The notes under the pieces are model-generated. The model made no database searches, was not told where the DNA came from, and was given only the letters and a program-made list of their open reading frames with translations. Positions 11,131 through 21,581 of a DNA stretch of 64,000 bases are shown in pieces (positions within the stretch are counted from its first letter, which is position 1; each line of letters opens with the position of its first letter). A program made the position numbers and the translations under genes. This DNA is from Clostridia bacterium (lineage in GTDB: Bacteria > Bacillota > Clostridia > TANB77 > CAG-465), in the NCBI GenBank assembly GCA_036653755.1, contig JAVVTJ010000001.1:8928-72927 (forward strand), read 5' to 3'.

Positions 11131-12039
11131 ATGGTAATTGAAGAAGAAAAACTAAATTATGTCATAAAAGAAAATCCAGATTTAGTTTTAAAAGTTGAGT
11201 GTTTTAATTTATTTGATACGTTAGAATGTGGACAATGTTTTAGATGGAAAAAAATAATGAGTGATTCAGAAAATAGATATAATTCTGAGTTTATAGGAAT
11301 CATATCTGATAGAGTTATTAGAATAAAACAAAATAATAACTTTATATATGTATATTCAAATTTAAAAGAAAATTTAAAAGATACAGTAGAATATTATTTT
11401 GATTTATATAATAATTATGCTAGAATTGAATCTGAAATAATATGTTTAGATGATAATATTAAAAAAGCAGTTAAAAATACAACTGGAATTCATATATTAA
11501 ATCAAGCAACTTTTGAGACTTTAATTTCTTATATTATATCATCAAATAATAATATTCCTAGAATAAAAAAATCTATTGAAGAGATTTCAAATAGATATGG
11601 GAAAAAAGTTATATTTGAAGAAAAGGAATATCATTTATTTCCTACAATTGAAGAATTATCTAATGTTACAGAAGCAGAGTTTAAAGCTTGTGGTGTAGGA
11701 TTTAGAGATAAATATTTAGTGAAAACTGTAGCTGATTTAATGGAAAATAATATTTATGCGGAATGTACTTCAAAATTAACTAATGTGCAATTAAAAAAAG
11801 TATTGATGTCATTTGTAGGTGTAGGACCTAAAGTTGCAGATTGTGTTATGTTATTTTCATATGGGAGGCAAGATGTTTTTCCAATAGATGTTTGGGTAAA
11901 AAGAGTTATGGAAAAATTATACTTAAAAAAAGAATCTAGCTTAAAAGAAATATTTGAATATGCAGAAGATTATTTTGGAAGTTATGCTGGAATTATTCAA
12001 CAACATTTATTTTATAATATACGAAATGGTTTGTTATAA
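11131..12039 (+). CDS. ogg: 8-oxoguanine DNA glycosylase/AP lyase (Ogg family, HhH-GPD)
   Basis: HhH-GPD motif FVGVGPKVADCVMLFSYGRQDVFPIDVWVKRV. Bacterial Ogg length (302 aa). Confidence 0.75.
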   Translation: MVIEEEKLNYVIKENPDLVLKVECFNLFDTLECGQCFRWKKIMSDSENRYNSEFIGIISDRVIRIKQNNNFIYVYSNLKENLKDTVEYYFDLYNNYARIESEIICLDDNIKKAVKNTTGIHILNQATFETLISYIISSNNNIPRIKKSIEEISNRYGKKVIFEEKEYHLFPTIEELSNVTEAEFKACGVGFRDKYLVKTVADLMENNIYAECTSKLTNVQLKKVLMSFVGVGPKVADCVMLFSYGRQDVFPIDVWVKRVMEKLYLKKESSLKEIFEYAEDYFGSYAGIIQQHLFYNIRNGLL

Positions 12040-12101
12040 TATGGAAAATAATTTAAAAAGTGTTTATTTGTCGTAAAAAATAGTATAATTGCATAATATT
12101 A

Positions 12102-12130
12102 TTGACATTTATTCATATTTATGTTAGAAT
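12102..12130 (+). promoter_or_regulatory. Sigma-A-type promoter for rpmG-secE-nusG
   Basis: TTGACA (12102-12107), 17-bp spacer, TAGAAT (12125-12130). Confidence 0.55.
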
Positions 12131-12186
12131 GTATAAGTAAAAATTATATACATATAGATTATGTAACGTCTTGGGGGTGTTTTAAA

Positions 12187-12336
12187 ATGAGAGAAAATTT
12201 AACATTAGCATGTAGTGATTGTAAACAAAGAAATTATGAAACAGAAAAGAATAAAACAAGCAATCCAGATAGAATAGAAATGAAAAAGTTTTGTAAATTC
12301 TGTAAAAAGCATACAATTCATAAAGAAACAAAATAA
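12187..12336 (+). CDS. rpmG: 50S ribosomal protein L33
   Basis: 49 aa [49 protein letters not shown] with four-Cys zinc ribbon. ATG 12187 after GGGGGTG RBS. The track ORF starts spuriously upstream. Confidence 0.9.
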   Translation: MRENLTLACSDCKQRNYETEKNKTSNPDRIEMKKFCKFCKKHTIHKETK

Positions 12337-12356
12337 TTAGAAGGGTGGCTTTGCAA

Positions 12357-12554
12357 ATGGCAAAAGGTTTTTTTAAAGGTGTAAAGGCAGAACTTAAAAA
12401 AGTTGTATGGCCTACAAAAAAGCAATTAATAAACAATACTGTTATGGTTTTATTTTTAGTACTTGCTTTAGCAGCTATAGTTCTAAGCTTTGATATGATA
12501 GTTGAAAAATTAGATATGTTATTTTGGAATTTTATAACTGTAAAAATTGCTTAA
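12357..12554 (+). CDS. secE: Preprotein translocase subunit SecE
   Basis: Small single-TM protein MAKGFFKGVKAELKKVVWPTKKQL... Conserved position before nusG. ATG 12357 after AAGGGTGG. Confidence 0.85.
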   Translation: MAKGFFKGVKAELKKVVWPTKKQLINNTVMVLFLVLALAAIVLSFDMIVEKLDMLFWNFITVKIA

Positions 12555-12589
12555 TAAAAGCGTAATTGTTAACAAAGGAGCGAGTAGGT

Positions 12590-13150
12590 TTGGAAAGAAA
12601 AGTTACTAATAACGAAAATAATGAAAAATTAGAAGAGTCTAATGAATTGAATTGGTACGTTGTGTACACATATTCTGGTTATGAAAATAAAGTTAAAGTA
12701 ACTTTGGAAAAAGTTATTGAAAACAGAAATTTGCAAGATAAAATACAAGATATAATAATTCCTATGGAAGAAGAAATAGAAATAAAAGATGGTAAGCAAA
12801 AAACATCTATAAAGAAAGTATTTCCAGGTTATATACTTGTCAAAATGATGATGAGTGATGAAACATGGTATGCTGTAAAACATATAAAGGGAGTTTTCAG
12901 TTTTGTAGGTGTAGGTGAAAAACCAATGCCTCTTACAGAAGATGAAATGAAAACTTTAGGTATAGATGATATTGTAACATTAGATTATGAAGTAGGAGAT
13001 AGCGTTAGAATAACAACAGATCCATTTTATAATTATCCTGCTGTAATTGAAAAAATACAAAAGGAAAAAAGAAGAGTAGTAGTTACAGTAGATATGTTTG
13101 GTAGAAAAACTACAGTAGATTTAGAATTTGATCAAGTACAAAAAATGTAA
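12590..13150 (+). CDS. nusG: Transcription termination/antitermination factor NusG
   Basis: NWYVVYTYSGYENKV NGN domain, C-terminal KOW (GDSVRITTDPF). TTG 12590 after AAGGAG. Confidence 0.9.
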   Translation: MERKVTNNENNEKLEESNELNWYVVYTYSGYENKVKVTLEKVIENRNLQDKIQDIIIPMEEEIEIKDGKQKTSIKKVFPGYILVKMMMSDETWYAVKHIKGVFSFVGVGEKPMPLTEDEMKTLGIDDIVTLDYEVGDSVRITTDPFYNYPAVIEKIQKEKRRVVVTVDMFGRKTTVDLEFDQVQKM

Positions 13151-13186
13151 AATATAAAATATGCAATTTTAAGGGGGTGAATTAAG

Positions 13187-13615
13187 ATGGCAGAGAAAAA
13201 AATAACTCATGTTGTTAAATTACAAATAGCAGCAGGAAAAGCAAATCCTGCACCACCAGTTGGACCTGCATTAGGACCTACAGGTATCAATATTATGATG
13301 TTTTGTAAAGATTTTAATGAAAAAACTGCAAAAGATAGTGGAATGATATTTCCAGTTATACTTACAGTATATAGTGACAAAACATTTGAATATGTTTTGA
13401 AAACTCCACCTGCAGCAGTTTTGCTTAAACAAGCAGCTAAAATAGAAAAAGCTTCTGGTAAACCACAAAAAGATAAAGTAGGAGCAGTAACAACTAAGCA
13501 AGTAGAAGAAATAGCAACAATGAAAAAAGCAGACTTAAATGCTTCATCTTTAGAATCTGCAGTATCTCTTATAAAGGGTACAGCTAGATCAATGGGGATT
13601 ATTGTTAAAGACTAA
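13187..13615 (+). CDS. rplK: 50S ribosomal protein L11
   Basis: [27 protein letters not shown]. Confidence 0.95.
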   Translation: MAEKKITHVVKLQIAAGKANPAPPVGPALGPTGINIMMFCKDFNEKTAKDSGMIFPVILTVYSDKTFEYVLKTPPAAVLLKQAAKIEKASGKPQKDKVGAVTTKQVEEIATMKKADLNASSLESAVSLIKGTARSMGIIVKD

Positions 13616-13665
13616 AAATGGGAGAATAATTAGAATTATTCGCTAAAACCAAAGGAGGGAAAAAA

Positions 13666-14349
13666 ATGAGTAAAAGAATGAAAGAAATAGCTAAAATCGT
13701 AGAACCAGGAAAAGTATATGATATAAATGAAGCTATTGAATTGATGCTTAAAATGCCTAAAGTTAAATTTGATGAAACAGTAGAAATGCATGTTAAATTA
13801 GGTGTTGATGGTAAACAAGCTGATCAACAAGTTAGAGGAGTAGTAGTACTTCCTAATGGTACTGGTAAAACTAAAAAAGTATTAGTTTTAGCTAAAGGTG
13901 AAAAAGCAGAAGCAGCAAAAGAAGCAGGTGCTGATTTTGTTGGAGATGATGATATGATTAAAAAAATACAAACTGAAAATTGGTTTGGATTTGATACAAT
14001 TATAGCAACACCTGATATGATGCCTGCACTTGGAAGAGTAGCAAAATTATTAGGACCTAAAGGTTTAATGCCTAATCCTAAATCTGGAACAGTTACTTTA
14101 GACGTAGCAAAAGCAGTACTTGAAACTAAAGCTGGTAAAATTGAATATAGATTGGATAAAAACAATATAATTCATTGTCCAATTGGAAAAATATCTTTCG
14201 GTGCTGACAAAATAAAAGAAAATTATATGACTTTATTAGAAACTATAATAAAAGCAAAACCTGCTGTTGCAAAAGGAACATATTTACAATCTGTTGCTAT
14301 TGCATCAACAATGGGTGCTGGACTAAAAATAAATTCATCATCTAAATAA
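13666..14349 (+). CDS. rplA: 50S ribosomal protein L1
   Basis: 227 aa, canonical L1 sequence. Gene order L11-L1. Confidence 0.95.
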   Translation: MSKRMKEIAKIVEPGKVYDINEAIELMLKMPKVKFDETVEMHVKLGVDGKQADQQVRGVVVLPNGTGKTKKVLVLAKGEKAEAAKEAGADFVGDDDMIKKIQTENWFGFDTIIATPDMMPALGRVAKLLGPKGLMPNPKSGTVTLDVAKAVLETKAGKIEYRLDKNNIIHCPIGKISFGADKIKENYMTLLETIIKAKPAVAKGTYLQSVAIASTMGAGLKINSSSK

Positions 14350-14359
14350 GTAAAAATAA

Positions 14360-14480
14360 TAAGCCAAAGACAGTAGGTGATTAAATTCATAAATCCTACC
14401 GAGGTGTTTAGATTTAAAATCGTATTTTAAATTCTGCAAAACATCTCGCTTTGCAGAATTTTAATTTTGGAGGAGGCGAA
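14360..14480 (+). promoter_or_regulatory. Ribosomal protein L10 leader (autoregulatory RNA structure)
   Basis: Structured GC-richer intergenic segment between rplA and rplJ with hairpin gcaaaacatctcgctttgcagaa, in the conserved position of the Firmicutes L10 leader. Confidence 0.4.
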
Positions 14481-14487
14481 ATAATAA

Positions 14488-14991
14488 ATGCCAAGTGAAA
14501 AAATATTAAAGCAAAAACAAGATCAAGCAACAATTCTTTGTGAAAAATTTAAAAAGGCTAAGATGGTTGTATTTACTGAATATAGAGGTATAACTGTTGA
14601 AGATGATACAAAACTTCGTAAAGAATTAAGAGAAGAACATAATGAATATATGGTTATTAAAAACTCTGTTATTGCTCATGCAGCAAAAGATGCTGGAATT
14701 GAAGGATTAGATGGAATACTTGAAGGACCAACAGCAGTAGTTATTGGTTATGATGATTATGTATCATGTGCAAAAACTGTAAATGATTATGCAAAAACTC
14801 ATGATTTTTACACATTTAAATCAGGTATAATGGATGCAAAAGTAATTTCTGGTGAAGAAGTTAAAAAATTAGCTAATTTACCATCAAAAGACACATTATA
14901 TGCTATGCTTGCTAGTGCATTACTTGGAAATATACGTAATTTAGCAGTAGTGCTAGACCAAGCAAGAGAAAAACAAGAAACAAATGCTTAA
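14488..14991 (+). CDS. rplJ: 50S ribosomal protein L10
   Basis: 167 aa, L10 family. Follows rplA, precedes rplL. Confidence 0.9.
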   Translation: MPSEKILKQKQDQATILCEKFKKAKMVVFTEYRGITVEDDTKLRKELREEHNEYMVIKNSVIAHAAKDAGIEGLDGILEGPTAVVIGYDDYVSCAKTVNDYAKTHDFYTFKSGIMDAKVISGEEVKKLANLPSKDTLYAMLASALLGNIRNLAVVLDQAREKQETNA

Positions 14992-15023
14992 TATATAAGC
15001 ATATTTGAAAGGGGAATTTTAAA

Positions 15024-15392
15024 ATGGAGAAAATAGAAAAAATAGTAGCAGAAGTTGAAAAATTATCTGTAATTGAATTAAGCGACTTAGTTAAGGCAAT
15101 AGAAGAAAAATTTGGAGTATCTGCAGCAGCAGCTGTAGTTGCTGGACCTGTAGCTGGTGGAGCTGCAGCAGTTGAAGAAAAATCAGAATTTGATGTAGTA
15201 TTAAAAGATGCAGGAGCAACTAAAATAGCAGTTATAAAAGCTGTTAGAGAAGCAACTGCTTTAGGACTTAAAGAAGCTAAAGATTTAGTTGACGCAGCTC
15301 CTAAGACAATAAAAGAAGCTATGCCAAAAGAAGATGCTGAAAAATTAGTAGAAGCATTAAAAGCAGCAGGTGCAATGGCTGAAATGGTTTAA
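15024..15392 (+). CDS. rplL: 50S ribosomal protein L7/L12
   Basis: Ala/Glu-rich hinge, C-terminal [16 protein letters not shown]... Confidence 0.95.
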   Translation: MEKIEKIVAEVEKLSVIELSDLVKAIEEKFGVSAAAAVVAGPVAGGAAAVEEKSEFDVVLKDAGATKIAVIKAVREATALGLKEAKDLVDAAPKTIKEAMPKEDAEKLVEALKAAGAMAEMV

Positions 15393-15416
15393 TAAAACTG
15401 TTTAAATTTGTATAAT

Positions 15417-15458
15417 AATAAAGGTATGAATAATTAATTATTCATACCTTTATTATTA
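15417..15458 (+). terminator. Rho-independent terminator after rplL
   Basis: 19-bp perfect stem aataaaggtatgaataatt/aattattcatacctttatt with flanking T-rich sequence. Confidence 0.7.
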
Positions 15459-15602
15459 TATTAAGGCTGTTTACTTAAATGTTTATATTTGTATTAACAT
15501 AATTACAACTCTATTTTTATATTATAAATTTTTAACCAATAGTCAATTTGTATTATAAAAGCTAAAGTCTGCGGATAAGTCATAAGTTGCCCAAACCAAT
15601 TT

Positions 15603-17391
15603 TCAGTTAAGTTTTGTCCGTTTTGTATTAATTATTTCTGTAAGATATTCTTTATCGATCAATTTAAATATTGTATCGTTTTTATTAGTTAATATTATTT
15701 TTATTTCTTGTTCTACTAATTCTAAATATTTAGGATCATATGTTTTAGGAAAAGGAGACTTTTTTCTATTTAAAACTTCTTTAGGAATATCATTTTCAAA
15801 TGCTTTTCTAAGAAGTGACTTTTCAATTGGAACTAAGGTACTTTTATTTAAACCAAGTTTCAGATTATATGGTATGTTGTATACATATTCAAAAATTTTG
15901 TAATCTGCAAATGGAATTCTAACATCTAAATCAGCATAATTTGCAGCTCGTTCTGTTCGTTCTAGTAAAGTATTCATAAACCATTTAATAGTAAGATATT
16001 GAACTTTCCTGAATTTTTTATTTTCTTCTGATTCATTATTTAAAAATGTAACATTTTTTAATGTATTTTTGTAATTATAATCAATATATTCACTTATTTC
16101 ATTTTTAGAAATAATATCTTTATTTATTAGATTTTCACGTATATTTTTGGATAGACACCATGGAAAAAAATTTAATCCATCATCGTCTTGTGTATTTATG
16201 AATTTTTTATCATAAAACCAAGGATAGCCTCCAAAAATTTCATCACTGCATTCTCCAGATAAACATATATTAGTATTTTTTTCTTTTATAGCCATGCAAA
16301 ATGCTAGCATTGATGAATCAACATCAGCCATGCCGGGCATATCTCTATTTATCATAGATGGCACAAGTAAATTATATAATTCATTAGCGTTAAAACTTAT
16401 ATTACTATGATTAGTATTTAAATGTTTTTGCATAATTTTAACATAATCAGAATCAATAGTAGGTTGATAATTATTTGATATAAAATCTGATTTATTGTTT
16501 TCGTATTCAATTGAAAAAGTATTTAAATTTTGACTTTTATTTTTAGCAATAGTAGATAGTATGCTAGAATCTAATCCACCTGATAACATACAAGATATAG
16601 TTTCGTTATTTATTTGTGTATTAGTTGCATTCATAACTAATTTTCTAATTTTTTTTATACAGGTATTTTCATCATCGTTACAAGGAGCTGTTTTTAAATC
16701 CCAATATTTGTATGTTATAAGTCCCATATTAGAATAAATTGCGTAATGACCTGGAAGTAATTCAAAAATATCTTTGAAATATGTAATTCCGGGTGTATGT
16801 GCAGGGCCGAAGAGCAATAAGTTCTAGTGCTGATTGTTTATCTATTTTAGCTTCTATATTAGGTATACAAAGAATATCTTTTATATTAGTAGAAAAAATA
16901 AAGTTATTATCGTTTTTCATGTAATATAGTGGTTTAACTCCAATTCTATCTTTTGCTAAAAAAATAGTGTCATTAATTTTATCATAGATACATATTGCAA
17001 AAACACCATCAAGTAATTCTAAAAATTTCTCTTTATATTCATTATAGCAAGAAAGTAATATTTCTGCATCTAAATAAGTATCCAAATATTCTTCAGGTAT
17101 GACTTTACTTTTTCTTAAATTAGTTTTTGTATTAAAGCAGTATCCAAGTTTTATTAATTTATTTTTTATATCTTTTATATTATAGATTTTTCCTGTATGC
17201 ATTATGCAATATTTATTTTTGTCAAAGCTTTTTGAGAAAAATCCATTAGATAGATTAATATGTTTAGTCTTAAACATATTAATACATTCGGATATAGAAA
17301 AACGTTTTTTTAAATTTATGTGCATTTCTTCTATAAAATTACAGTTAGAAATATCATCATTGTAATTTACAATGCCTAAATATCTATTCAT
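15603..17391 (-). pseudogene. asnB: Asparagine synthetase (glutamine-hydrolysing), interrupted by +1 frameshift at CGG (plus-strand 16807-16809)
   Basis: N-terminal GATase ORF (17391-16762) and C-terminal synthetase ORF (16817-15603) with SGGLDSS PP-loop. Removing the C of ctt-CGG-ccc joins ...ELIAL-GPAHTPGITYF... A second in-frame CGG lies 5 codons before the stop (15620-15618). Confidence 0.7.
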
Positions 17392-17440
17392 AAAAGTTCA
17401 CCTCTTATATAGACTATGTACCGCACATTAAAATATTCTA

Positions 17441-17498
17441 CATTAGGGCTAGCTTTTTAAAAAAGTGTACACACTTTTTTAAAAAGCTAGCCCTAATG
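17441..17498. repeat. Perfect 58-bp palindrome of two inverted GCTAGCCC boxes (left boundary of tnpB element)
   Basis: cattagggctagctttttaaaaaagtgtac / gtacacttttttaaaaagctagccctaatg. Confidence 0.8.
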
Positions 17499-17780
17499 TA
17501 GTGCATCGACAAAACTAGACAGTAATTGTATAGTACTTTTAATTGATATATGATTGAGTAAGTAATATAATATATATGTCCGGGGGCACCGGAGTTTGCA
17601 TGCTAAATTAGCACTAGATTATGTGCTGTACGCATGAACCTTAATTGGATGTCACAAAGCTAGCCCACTAGGCCACTACGGAATTTTTAGTTCTGTAAGT
17701 TTAATGCACGTTAAGTTGCACAATAAATATATAATAATGAAAGTCCATTTTAATTTTATAGTAAAAGGAGAACGTTTTTT

Positions 17781-18956
17781 ATGTTAAAATTTATCACATA
17801 TAAATATAGAATATATCCAAATGATGTTCAAAAAGAAAAAATTGAAAATAATTTCAAGTGCTGTAAAAGTATATATAATAAGCTACTTTGTTATAGAACG
17901 GAAGAATATAATAGATATAAAAAATATGTAAAATATTGTGAAAGAAATGACAAATTTGTTGATAAAAAGTATTTTAATAGTAAATGTAAAATACCATCAT
18001 TATCTAAAATTAAAGAATTTTATCCTGAATTAAAGAAAGCAGATAGTTTAGCTATATGTAATGAATGGTGTAATCTTAATAAATCTTTTACAAATTTTTT
18101 TAGTCATAGAGGAAAATTTCCTAAAAGCAAGCAATATGATGATAAGAAAAGTTACATAACTTGCTTGGTAAATAACAATATAAGAATAAATAATAATAGA
18201 TTAAGATTACCCAAAATAGGTATGATCAAAATAAAACTTTATAGAAAAATACCAAACGGTTTAGTTATAAAAAGATGTATAGTAATGTCAGATAAAATTG
18301 ATAGATATTATGTATCAATTTTAGTATGCACAGAAATTCCAAAAATAAATAAAAAATTAAATATTGACAATATATTAGGATTGGATTTTAAAATTAGTGA
18401 TATTTTTGTTGATAGTAACGGAAATACTCCTAAATTTATAAGACCATATAAAAGTTCAATTGAAAAACTAAAATACTTATCAAAAATATTATCTAGAAAA
18501 ATAAAATTCTCTAAAAATTGGTATAAACACTTAAAACATATACAAAAGTTACATAAAACAATAGCATTTAAAAGAAAAGATTTTTTGGATAAACTTTCTA
18601 ATGTAATATCAAAAAAATATGATGTTATAGTAGCTGAAACATTATCTATAAAAGAAATGACTTCAAAATTTGATGACGGTACATATATATATGACACAGG
18701 CTATTGTAAATTTTTGACAATGCTAAAAAATAAATTAAATAGTCTTGGAAAAAAAATAATTAAAGTAGATAGGTGGTTTCCGTCAAGCAAAAAGTGTAGT
18801 AATTGTGGCAGTATTAAAGAAGATTTGCTACTCGAAGAACGTGTATATTACTGTGATAAATGTGGGAAAATTCAAGATAGAGATGAAAATGCAGCAATAA
18901 ACATTGCAAATGAAGGTAAAAGAATATTAATTGAAAATATGTGCATAAATCAATAA
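17781..18956 (+). CDS. tnpB: TnpB (OrfB_IS605) RuvC-like RNA-guided endonuclease family protein
   Basis: 391 aa. N-terminal YKYRIYPN HTH, RuvC-I LGLDFKISD, RuvC-II VIVAETLSIKEM, zinc finger CSNCG...CDKCG, RuvC-III RDENAAINIA. Confidence 0.85.
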   Translation: MLKFITYKYRIYPNDVQKEKIENNFKCCKSIYNKLLCYRTEEYNRYKKYVKYCERNDKFVDKKYFNSKCKIPSLSKIKEFYPELKKADSLAICNEWCNLNKSFTNFFSHRGKFPKSKQYDDKKSYITCLVNNNIRINNNRLRLPKIGMIKIKLYRKIPNGLVIKRCIVMSDKIDRYYVSILVCTEIPKINKKLNIDNILGLDFKISDIFVDSNGNTPKFIRPYKSSIEKLKYLSKILSRKIKFSKNWYKHLKHIQKLHKTIAFKRKDFLDKLSNVISKKYDVIVAETLSIKEMTSKFDDGTYIYDTGYCKFLTMLKNKLNSLGKKIIKVDRWFPSSKKCSNCGSIKEDLLLEERVYYCDKCGKIQDRDENAAINIANEGKRILIENMCINQ

Positions 18957-18977
18957 AAAATCTGCCAAGATTTTACC

Positions 18978-19015
18978 TAGAAGCTTTATAAAATTTAATT
19001 TTATAAAGCTAGCCC
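18978..19015. repeat. Degenerate palindromic box (right boundary of tnpB element)
   Basis: tagaagctttataaaatt / aattttataaagctagccc. Confidence 0.6.
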
Positions 19016-19117
19016 AAAAAGAGAGTTTTCTATTGATTATATTAAAAGTATGTGATAAAATTATAATGTTAATTAAAATATTGTATAATTACATTAGAAA
19101 GGAGGAAAAGTTATAGT

Positions 19118-20563
19118 ATGTTAGATAATAGTAAAGATTTTCAAGATACTTTACATGAAGTATTAAATAAAAGAATAAACAATAATTCAAAGCAAAACAA
19201 TGTTATGCAACAAATTTTTGAAAGAGGTGATAAAACATTTGGTGATGATTTACAAAAAATATTAAATAATAATATGAAACCACTTTCAGAAGATAAAACT
19301 AAAGAAGCATTTCAACCAAAATCTGAAAAAGTAAAAATTAGCAATAATATTGAAGTAGAAGCACAAGTTAAATCTGGTGCTAATATAGAACAAATTCTAA
19401 GTGATAATGAAAGAAAAAGTGATGAATTAACTGAAAATATAGAAAATGGTAAAGAAGAATCGTCCCAAAAGAATTTAACTAATAGAGAACAAATCTTGAA
19501 GTCTATGTATTTAGTAGCACTAAATGAATACTATACTTTAAAGGAAAAGTTGTATAAAGGACAAATACAAGAAAGTAACATTTCATTAAATGATAGACAT
19601 TATTTAAAACTACTACAATATGAAAACTATTTAAGAAAATGTGATACATTTTTTAAAGCAAGTACAGGAAAATATATATGTAATGAAGATGAAGAAATAT
19701 CTAAAAGAGAAAATAAATACGCATATGAGTCTTCTAAAAGTGAAAAACAATTATTTAAGCAACATGAAGATTCACTAAATCAAATAGATAGATTAAATGA
19801 TGAAATTCAATCAAAAGCAGATGAAATAATTACTTTAAATAAACAGCAAGAATCAGGAAATGTTTCGGATTATATTGAAAAAATAAATGCATTAGAAAAA
19901 GAGTATATATATTTAAATGTTAAGATGAGCCTCCTTACTCCAAATATACTAGAACTTAATAGACAAGAAGATGAAAAAGAGTTGCAAGATGACACAACAA
20001 CAAGAGTAGTTGGAACAGAATATGAGAGAAAAAAAGACAAATATGCAATGGATGTGGATGTTGTTAGATTAGACAGTAGAGTAGATAATAAAAAGGAAAT
20101 ACTTGAAAATGGTGTAGGTAGAGAGATTAGTGAATTAAATCAAACTAATGAGCAACTTGCAAATTCATATATAGATTCCGCAGAAATAAGTCTAAAAAAA
20201 GGCGAAATAACAGAAGCAAAAAAAATGGTAGAAAAAGCAAAAGATATAGTTGGAATTAAAAGCGCAGAAACAATTGCAAATGACAAAAAAACAGATTTTT
20301 CAGAATTACTAAAATCTGGTGTATCATCAGAAGATGATGATGGAAGAAATAACATATCCAATGAAACCGATGGTATAGACAATCATTTAGCTGAAATATT
20401 AGCAGGAAGAGCTATACTTTCACCTGTACAAGCTGAATGTGCAAAAGCGGTTAATACGCCAGAAGAAAGAGCAGTCAATGCACTAAATAGAGAAACACAA
20501 GAAAAACTAGAAAAATCAAAAGAGCCAAAACAAAAAGAAAAGTTACAAGATAAATCAAGATAG
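19118..20563 (+). CDS. Hypothetical acidic coiled-coil protein
   Basis: 481-aa ORF with GGAGG RBS. Highly charged, K/E-rich, no recognisable domain. Confidence 0.5.
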   Translation: MLDNSKDFQDTLHEVLNKRINNNSKQNNVMQQIFERGDKTFGDDLQKILNNNMKPLSEDKTKEAFQPKSEKVKISNNIEVEAQVKSGANIEQILSDNERKSDELTENIENGKEESSQKNLTNREQILKSMYLVALNEYYTLKEKLYKGQIQESNISLNDRHYLKLLQYENYLRKCDTFFKASTGKYICNEDEEISKRENKYAYESSKSEKQLFKQHEDSLNQIDRLNDEIQSKADEIITLNKQQESGNVSDYIEKINALEKEYIYLNVKMSLLTPNILELNRQEDEKELQDDTTTRVVGTEYERKKDKYAMDVDVVRLDSRVDNKKEILENGVGREISELNQTNEQLANSYIDSAEISLKKGEITEAKKMVEKAKDIVGIKSAETIANDKKTDFSELLKSGVSSEDDDGRNNISNETDGIDNHLAEILAGRAILSPVQAECAKAVNTPEERAVNALNRETQEKLEKSKEPKQKEKLQDKSR

Positions 20564-20621
20564 AAAAGTAATATGAAAGGTGGGTAGTGTTAGTTATATA
20601 TATAATAACTAGCAAAAAAAT

Positions 20622-21566
20622 ATGGGATTAGTAACAACAAAGGAAATGCTTAAAAAGGCGTACGAAGGTAAATATGCAGTAGGAGCTTTTAATGTAAATA
20701 ATATGGAAATAATACAAGGAATAATAAATGCAGCAGTAAAAACAAATGCACCAGTTATTTTACAAGTATCTAGTGGCGCAAGAAAGTATGCAAGTCCAAT
20801 TTATTTAAAAAAATTAGTGGAAGCCGCAGTAGAGTATACAAAATCATTAGGAAAAGATATACCAGTAGCACTTCATTTAGATCATGGAGATAGTTTTGAA
20901 CTTTGTAAAGACTGCATAGATAGTGGATTTACATCTGTTATGTTTGATGGCAGTAAATTAGATTTTGAAGAAAATATAAGAATAACTAAACAAGTTGTAG
21001 AATATGCACATGCAAGAGGTGTAGTTGTAGAAGCAGAACTTGGAAAACTTGCAGGAATTGAAGACAATGTAAAAGTATCTGATGAAGATGCAATGTTTAC
21101 AGATCCAATGGAAGCTAAAGAATTTGTAGAAAGAACAGGCTGCGATAGTCTAGCAATTGCAATAGGAACAAGTCATGGAGCATTTAAGTTCAAAGGAGAG
21201 CCTAAACTTAGATTTGATATATTAGAAAAAATAACAAATTTATTACCAGGCTATCCATTGGTACTTCATGGTGCTTCATCAGTGCCACAAGAATTTGTTG
21301 AAATGTGCAATAAATATGGTGGAAATATTCCAGGAGCAAAAGGCGTTCCAGAAGAAATGCTAAGGCACGCAAGTACATTTGGCGTATGCAAAATAAATAT
21401 AGATAGTGATATTCGTTTAGCAATGACAGCTAACATACGTGAGTGTTTTATAAATTCACCAGAAGTATTTGACCCTAGAACGTATTTATCAAAAGCAAGA
21501 GATGCCGTAGAAAATATGGTAGAAAGAAAAATTAATAATGCATTAGGTTGCAATAATAAAGCGTAA
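20622..21566 (+). CDS. fba: Fructose-bisphosphate aldolase class II
   Basis: KYAVGAFNVNNMEI..., HLDHGDS, metal-binding His motifs typical of class II FBA. Confidence 0.9.
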   Translation: MGLVTTKEMLKKAYEGKYAVGAFNVNNMEIIQGIINAAVKTNAPVILQVSSGARKYASPIYLKKLVEAAVEYTKSLGKDIPVALHLDHGDSFELCKDCIDSGFTSVMFDGSKLDFEENIRITKQVVEYAHARGVVVEAELGKLAGIEDNVKVSDEDAMFTDPMEAKEFVERTGCDSLAIAIGTSHGAFKFKGEPKLRFDILEKITNLLPGYPLVLHGASSVPQEFVEMCNKYGGNIPGAKGVPEEMLRHASTFGVCKINIDSDIRLAMTANIRECFINSPEVFDPRTYLSKARDAVENMVERKINNALGCNNKA

Positions 21567-21581
21567 AGGAGTTGAAAATAT

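Larger units (their letters stand above)
17441..19020 (+). mobile_element. IS200/IS605-family element (tnpB only, IS1341-like) bounded by GCTAGCCC-box repeats
   Basis: Left: 58-bp perfect palindrome of two inverted boxes (17441-17498), then GC-rich structured left-end-like segment 17575-17700 containing a third box copy (17653-17668). The tnpB ORF follows. Right: degenerate palindromic box 18978-19015. Confidence 0.6.

Noticed and set aside
12121-12186. Extended 71-aa form of L33 starting at 12121
   Set aside because: L33 is about 49 aa. ATG 12187 has a good RBS, and the upstream extension overlaps the predicted promoter.
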